Origin: an uncultured Verrucomicrobiae bacterium
GTDB taxonomy: Bacteria > Verrucomicrobiota > Verrucomicrobiia > Chthoniobacterales > Chthoniobacteraceae
Assembly: GCA_963828525.1 (NCBI GenBank)
Contig: CAWHEP010000002.1
Location: 192,001 to 256,000 of the forward strand
DNA: 64,000 bases
Direction of reading: 5' to 3'
Shown: piece by piece, positions 59,454 through 64,000 of the stretch
Layout: each line of letters starts with the position of its first letter
Position numbering within the stretch: the first letter of the stretch is position 1
The notes under the pieces: generated by a model
What the model was told of the DNA's origin: nothing
The model's database searches: none
Seen by the model: the letters and a program-made list of their open reading frames with translations, nothing else
Made by a program: the position numbers and the translations under genes

Positions 59454-60347
59454 ATGAACAACACCAACAAGGCCATCATCCTTGCCGGAGGGGCCGGCAC
59501 GCGGCTCTACCCGCTCACGCAGATCGTCTGCAAACAGCTTCTGCCGATCTACGATAAGCCGATGATCTACTACCCCATGGCCACCCTTATGTTGGGTGGC
59601 ATTCGGGAAATCCTGATCATCTCCACCCCGAAAGACATCCCCCGTTTTCGCGACCTGTTCGGCGATGGAACTCGTTGGGGCTTGAGCATCGAATACGCGG
59701 AGCAACCCGAACCAGCGGGCATTGCGCAGGCTTTTCTGATCGGAGCGAAATTCATCGGCACTTCCCCTGTCACCCTCATCCTGGGCGACAACATCTTCTA
59801 CGGGAATCTGGATTTCTTCCGGCATGCGCTTGCCATGGGAAAGGGAGCCTGCATTTTCGCTTACACAGTGCGCGACCCGGAACGCTACGGCGTCGTCGAA
59901 TTCGACACTGCCGGCCGCGCCATCAGCCTTGAAGAGAAGCCCGCGCATCCAAAGAGCCCGCACGCCGTCCCCGGCCTCTACGTCTATGATAACCAGGTCG
60001 TCGAGATTTGCCGCAACCTGAAGCCATCGCCCCGGGGCGAACTCGAGATCACCGACGTGAACCTCGAATACCTGCGCCGCAAAGAGCTATTCGTGAAGCT
60101 CCTCAGCCGGGGCATGGCCTGGCTCGATACGGGCACTCACGCCAGCCTTCTGGAGGCGAGCAATTACATCGCCACCATCGAGCACCGCCAGGGCCTGCGA
60201 GTTGCCTGTCTTGAAGAGATCGCTTTCAACATGGGCTTCATCGACGAGCGGGCGTTCCGCGCCATCATCGACACCCTGCCCAAAAATGAATACCGGGAAT
60301 ACCTCCAGCTCGTCCTCCGCGAGAAACAGGCGCCAGGTCAGGCGTGA
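59454..60347 (+). CDS. rmlA: Glucose-1-phosphate thymidylyltransferase
   Basis: [49 protein letters not shown]. Confidence 0.97.
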   Translation: MNNTNKAIILAGGAGTRLYPLTQIVCKQLLPIYDKPMIYYPMATLMLGGIREILIISTPKDIPRFRDLFGDGTRWGLSIEYAEQPEPAGIAQAFLIGAKFIGTSPVTLILGDNIFYGNLDFFRHALAMGKGACIFAYTVRDPERYGVVEFDTAGRAISLEEKPAHPKSPHAVPGLYVYDNQVVEICRNLKPSPRGELEITDVNLEYLRRKELFVKLLSRGMAWLDTGTHASLLEASNYIATIEHRQGLRVACLEEIAFNMGFIDERAFRAIIDTLPKNEYREYLQLVLREKQAPGQA

Positions 60348-60363
60348 TCCTCCGCAAGCCCGC

Positions 60364-61101
60364 CTAATCCGCTTCCATCAGCCCCTGCCACTCGTCCGGC
60401 AGCGGAGCGAACTCCACGCCATTGGCGATCCGCCCTTCGAACTCCGGCTTGAACGAGGTGCTCGTGCCATAAACCATTATCAGGTTCACAGAGCTTTCCA
60501 CCCGGATCGCGTGAGCCACACCCGCCGGGATCACGACTCCGATGTTATTCGGCCCGCGATGGTCATCCCCCTCGATGATGAACCGCATCCTCCGCCTCTC
60601 CAGTCCTCGCCGCTCGTCGATCAGCAGCATCTCCGACACCCCCTGAACAAAAAACATCACGTCCCACTGCTCTCGATCATACGGACGAGCGCTGTAATCA
60701 TCTGGATTCCGGACAAACAACTGTTGAAACCACTCCTCCGCCGTGTGCCCCTCCGGTATATGCGGCGGGTGGATGTGAAAACCCTTTGCCGTGTTCGCGA
60801 ACATGCACGCCGTAGCCCACTGCGACGGCCACAAACCGATCCGCGCCAGAATGCCCTCGTCCCGCCTCGCAAACTCACCAAAAAATCCGCGATGCCGCTG
60901 AGGGAAAATCCTGCGGGCAAACACCTCCACCCCCGGTATCCACGCAGAAGCCACGTCTGCCTGTGTACGATCCGCTGACACGAGTTCGCCTCCCTCCACC
61001 CCGCTCGTGCCCAGCCGCGCGCCCAACGATTTCACCTCGTAATCGCGCTGCGTCAGCAGGGATTGCGCCGAGGCCCGCAGGCCTTTCCAACGTTCGTTCA
61101 T
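60364..61101 (-). CDS. Divergent RmlC-like cupin (dTDP-sugar 3,5-epimerase family)
   Basis: IPGV, RGFFGE, KGFHIH, QWD, IPAGVAH; adjacent to rmlA. Confidence 0.7.
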   Translation of the reverse strand: MNERWKGLRASAQSLLTQRDYEVKSLGARLGTSGVEGGELVSADRTQADVASAWIPGVEVFARRIFPQRHRGFFGEFARRDEGILARIGLWPSQWATACMFANTAKGFHIHPPHIPEGHTAEEWFQQLFVRNPDDYSARPYDREQWDVMFFVQGVSEMLLIDERRGLERRRMRFIIEGDDHRGPNNIGVVIPAGVAHAIRVESSVNLIMVYGTSTSFKPEFEGRIANGVEFAPLPDEWQGLMEAD

Positions 61102-61306
61102 GCGCAAGGTTCGTGTAAAACCGCCAACCCCGTCAAGACCGGTCAAGCACATCTCAGCATGCCGCCCCCATCTCCCACTGAGCTCAAATTCAAGCGCCAG
61201 ATCGTCCGCCCTCCCTCAGGACGACGGCACGCCGAGCTTGCTCGACGAGTAATCCTTGCCATCCGTGGTGAAAACCATCCGCCCGCTCCACGTCTCGCAA
61301 AAGGCC

Positions 61307-61335
61307 TTGCAACCGTCCTGAATCCCTCCTAATTT
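61307..61335 (+). promoter_or_regulatory. Putative sigma70 promoter for tRNA-Gly
   Basis: TTGCAA-N17-TAATTT, 18 nt upstream of the tRNA. Confidence 0.55.
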
Positions 61336-61353
61336 CCCAACCGGTCGCAAAAT

Positions 61354-61426
61354 GCGGGTGTAGCTCAGTTGGTAGAGCACTTCCTTGCCAAGGAAGATGT
61401 CGCGAGTTCGAGTCTCGTCACCCGCT
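61354..61426 (+). tRNA. tRNA-Gly (anticodon GCC), CCA not encoded
   Basis: GCGGGTG/CACCCGC acceptor, TAGCTCAGTTGGTAGAGC D-arm, CTTCC-TTGCCAA-GGAAG anticodon arm, GTTCGAG T-loop. Confidence 0.98.
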
Positions 61427-61717
61427 CTCTCTGTCCGTGACACTTACAGAGATTTTAGAGCCGAATGGCGCTCGTCGCACCCAACCTGCAATCGCGTCTG
61501 GCTCCCAGCACTGGTGAGTGCCTTTTAAAAAAACTGAACATCAAACCGTAGTGGAGGGACAGCCATGCGCGAACCACGAGATTACGAAATTCGCATTTGG
61601 TCTATTGACGGTAGGTTTTGCCATAATAAGACGAGCGGTGTTAAAGTCATACGTTCAGCTGCGCGAAGTTAATATTTTGGCCTTTGAGCGAAATCCCCCC
61701 AATTTCCATCGCCAAGC

Positions 61718-62294
61718 CTATTTCCCTCGATGGTGACAACCGGACGCCACCGGTCCTTCATCTGGAATCGCGGCGGAAAATCCGAGCCATTCTTCTTTAT
61801 TGGGCGTCTGGTGCCGCTGCACCTCGAAAGCCGCGTTATAGAACGCGGAGTAAGCGTCCCTTAAAGGGTCTCGCAGTCGAGCGGTGTGCTCCAATGTATT
61901 AATCAGCGGCTTATATCGCCTGATGGTGTGCGTCTCCTTGTCTCTGCAATTTTCGCATTCACATTCGCTGAAATGAAGATCGAAGGCGGCATCTGGCCAG
62001 CGCGCTGCTGCAAATTCCTGGAAGCATCTAATCTTGTAATCGTTCGGTGAATGGGGCTGAAAGGCACGTCGATAATGTCCCATCCGCCGCGCAAGGGAAG
62101 TCGTCCTTCCCACATATATCCTATAGAGAGAGCCCTTCCATCGCATATCCAAAAATAAACACCGGGTCTGGCTTCGGCCACACCGTTACCCGTGCCATCC
62201 ACCACATTTACATCAGAATTGTGAGTAGACGGTTAAATCCTTCAGCTTCGAGCTGCCGGAGATCGTCGTCAGAGAGGAGCCAGCGGGTGTTCAT
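61718..62294 (-). pseudogene. Degraded GIY-YIG nuclease-like gene
   Basis: PGVYFWI (one frame) joins MRWKGSLYRIYVGRTTSLARRMGHY (another frame); upstream MNTRWLL... segment stops early; at least two disruptions. Confidence 0.6.
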
Positions 62295-62323
62295 TCAAGA
62301 ATGATTATCTCGGATATGCGCAA

Positions 62324-63148
62324 TCACAACGCCGCGTTGATTTTTTCTAAAGCTTCCAATGCGCCCATCGGCAGGCTGATTGCGCCATCCGGGGCTTTCG
62401 GCTCGCGGACGTTGATGCGCACGAGGCGGGCATGGCATTGCTCGGCGATGACCTCCGAAAATGACCGCACGGTCGGCACTGATGTCCCTGCGCCCAGTTC
62501 GATCACCACCAACTTCCGAGCGGCGGAGCGGAGCCAGCTATCCCGCCGATGCTCCTGTTGGGCGTTTCGCCCTGAGTCCCACCCATAATCTCCGAACATC
62601 AAAATGTTGGGCCGGGCAAGAGCCCCGCACGCCGGGCACTTCGGCAACTCGCCTTCGCATCGAAGCGTGGTTTCGTTGACTGTCGGCGCAAACGAATCAG
62701 AAGGAAAAATGCCGACCCCGCACCTCTTCATGCACTGCGCGTAGTGAATACTTCCATGGATTTCCGTGATCTGATCCTCGGAGAAGCCGGCGCGTTGAAA
62801 ATGCCCGTCCACGTTCGAGGTGAAGACGAACGCGCCCTTGTTCATTCGGGCACCCCATTGGCGGAGAATCTCAAAGCCGGCGTGCGGAGATGTGGCGCGG
62901 TAAAGATTGAGCCGGTGCCCATAAAATCCCCAAGCCAGAGCGGGATCTTCAACGAACCACCGCGGAGTGGCCACGTCCGAGAACTTCCGGCCCAGGCTCC
63001 TATAGGGCGGGTAAGCTCTCCAGAAGCCTTCAGGTCCGCGGAAATCCAGCAATCCCGAATCCACCCCGATGCCAGCTCCAGCCGTAATGAGCAGGGCGTC
63101 CGCGGCCGAAATTGCCTCCGCCGCGAGATTGATCAAGTCTTTCATCAC
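62324..63148 (-). CDS. Sir2-family NAD-dependent protein deacylase
   Basis: TAGAGIGVDSG..DFRG, TSNVDG, EIHGS, zinc Cys pairs, RPNILMFGD, ELGAG, RIN. Confidence 0.94.
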   Translation of the reverse strand: MMKDLINLAAEAISAADALLITAGAGIGVDSGLLDFRGPEGFWRAYPPYRSLGRKFSDVATPRWFVEDPALAWGFYGHRLNLYRATSPHAGFEILRQWGARMNKGAFVFTSNVDGHFQRAGFSEDQITEIHGSIHYAQCMKRCGVGIFPSDSFAPTVNETTLRCEGELPKCPACGALARPNILMFGDYGWDSGRNAQQEHRRDSWLRSAARKLVVIELGAGTSVPTVRSFSEVIAEQCHARLVRINVREPKAPDGAISLPMGALEALEKINAAL

Positions 63149-63167
63149 GATGATCGGCTCGGCGCGG

Positions 63168-63689
63168 TTACACGCGCTCGTTCAGGAAAAGCACGAGGTG
63201 CTCCTCGTCAAAGTATGTGCCGTCGATACAAAGGGCATCACGTTCCAATCCGAAACGCTGGAACGCTCGTGAACGGTAGAGCGAACAAGCGGCGACATTG
63301 CTCGCGGTGACGCAGAGAATAATCTGACGAACCGACTGAACTTTACGGGCGTGCTGAATGGCGAAATCCAGCAGCGCGCCGCCCACTCCGTGACACCTGA
63401 ATTCAGGAGAAACATACATGCCAAAAAGGGATGCTATATGCGCTCTTTTCGCGCGGCTCTCTGACGCGAAGCCTAAAACTCCCGCCAGCACTCCGCCATC
63501 GAGGAACGCTCCAAATATACCGTTGTCTGGATTTTTGTGCGACCGCAGCCTCGCCGCAAAATCGGAAAGAGGCAGATTAACCTCATCCGCATGGCTGGAA
63601 CCAAATGCCGTTGGAGACTCCTGCAGCCCCGCCAAGCGCAGATCACGATACATGGCGAGATCGCCGGACTCCAGGAACCTGACCTTCAT
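63168..63689 (-). CDS. GNAT N-acetyltransferase
   Basis: LRLAGLQESPTAFGS, GMYVSPEFRCHGVG, NVAACSLY...F..FG.E. Confidence 0.92.
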   Translation of the reverse strand: MKVRFLESGDLAMYRDLRLAGLQESPTAFGSSHADEVNLPLSDFAARLRSHKNPDNGIFGAFLDGGVLAGVLGFASESRAKRAHIASLFGMYVSPEFRCHGVGGALLDFAIQHARKVQSVRQIILCVTASNVAACSLYRSRAFQRFGLERDALCIDGTYFDEEHLVLFLNERV

Positions 63690-63965
63690 GTCCCAAAGCT
63701 AAACAATTCGTGCCTGGTTCCTAAGCTAATTCGAATAAAGCGCGGGTGCTCTGGAACACCAAAAAAGGGGGTCCCGCGCGCGGTGCGTGCCCTCGTCGGG
63801 GCGTTGCGGGAAGCGCCCACGTTCTGCGCGCGCCGATGTCGAAGAGCCCGCCAATCAGGGCGTTCAAGAGGCGATGAATTTTTGCTCGAACGTTTTTTGA
63901 CGTCGTTTGTCTCAAGTGATTTATAGGGCACAATCCATAGCACTCTATGAAAGGAGCTATAACCT

Positions 63966-64000
63966 ATGAACCTGGAGGCGCTGAACGAGCCTAAGGTCTC
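63966..64000 (+). CDS. Possible 5' start of a gene running off the window
   Basis: AAGGAG at 63951-63956 followed by ATG (MNLEALNEPKV), open to the edge. Confidence 0.3.
   Translation, partial: MNLEALNEPKV

Noticed and set aside
61518..61736. 72-aa plus-strand ORF after the tRNA
   Set aside because: No motif, no RBS, atypical composition; region looks like decayed sequence.
62324..63148. Sir2 as Thoeris/DSR/pAgo-type defence NADase
   Set aside because: Has a zinc-binding module and classic deacylase motifs; no TIR, SLOG, HerA or Argonaute partner.

Overview
GC-rich bacterial chromosomal segment. Gene content and protein style suggest Verrucomicrobiota (Chthoniobacterales/Spartobacteria-like); this is an inference. 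Most of it is core genome: a beta-CASP nuclease, rho, typA, a nuoD-(lipoprotein)-nuoEF(fused)-GHIJKLMN complex I operon, yqeY-ispD-M16 peptidase-tig-clpP-clpX-ctpA-tsaD, galE, bioB, a PBP2, a GS-family/ALDH/Fe-ADH cluster, prfC-lutABC, rmlA/rmlC-like genes and tRNA-Gly(GCC). Accessory patches are interspersed: a RAYT transposase remnant, an orphan C5-methyltransferase with an AAA ATPase, a ~3.3 kb two-gene cassette bracketed by a duplicated bioB 3' end, a 274-bp palindromic MITE, and a GNAT/Sir2/degraded GIY-YIG region after the tRNA. Notable non-coding signals are a perfect Rex/CRP-type palindrome ahead of nuoD and a ~150-nt long hairpin between typA and rho. Five otherwise intact genes each carry a single extra base, most likely assembly error. 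No CRISPR array, rRNA or intact integrase/transposase was seen. I cannot point to one unambiguous novel system. The best leads are the bioB-duplication cassette, the typA-rho structured RNA, and the tRNA-Gly-adjacent acetyl writer/eraser module.
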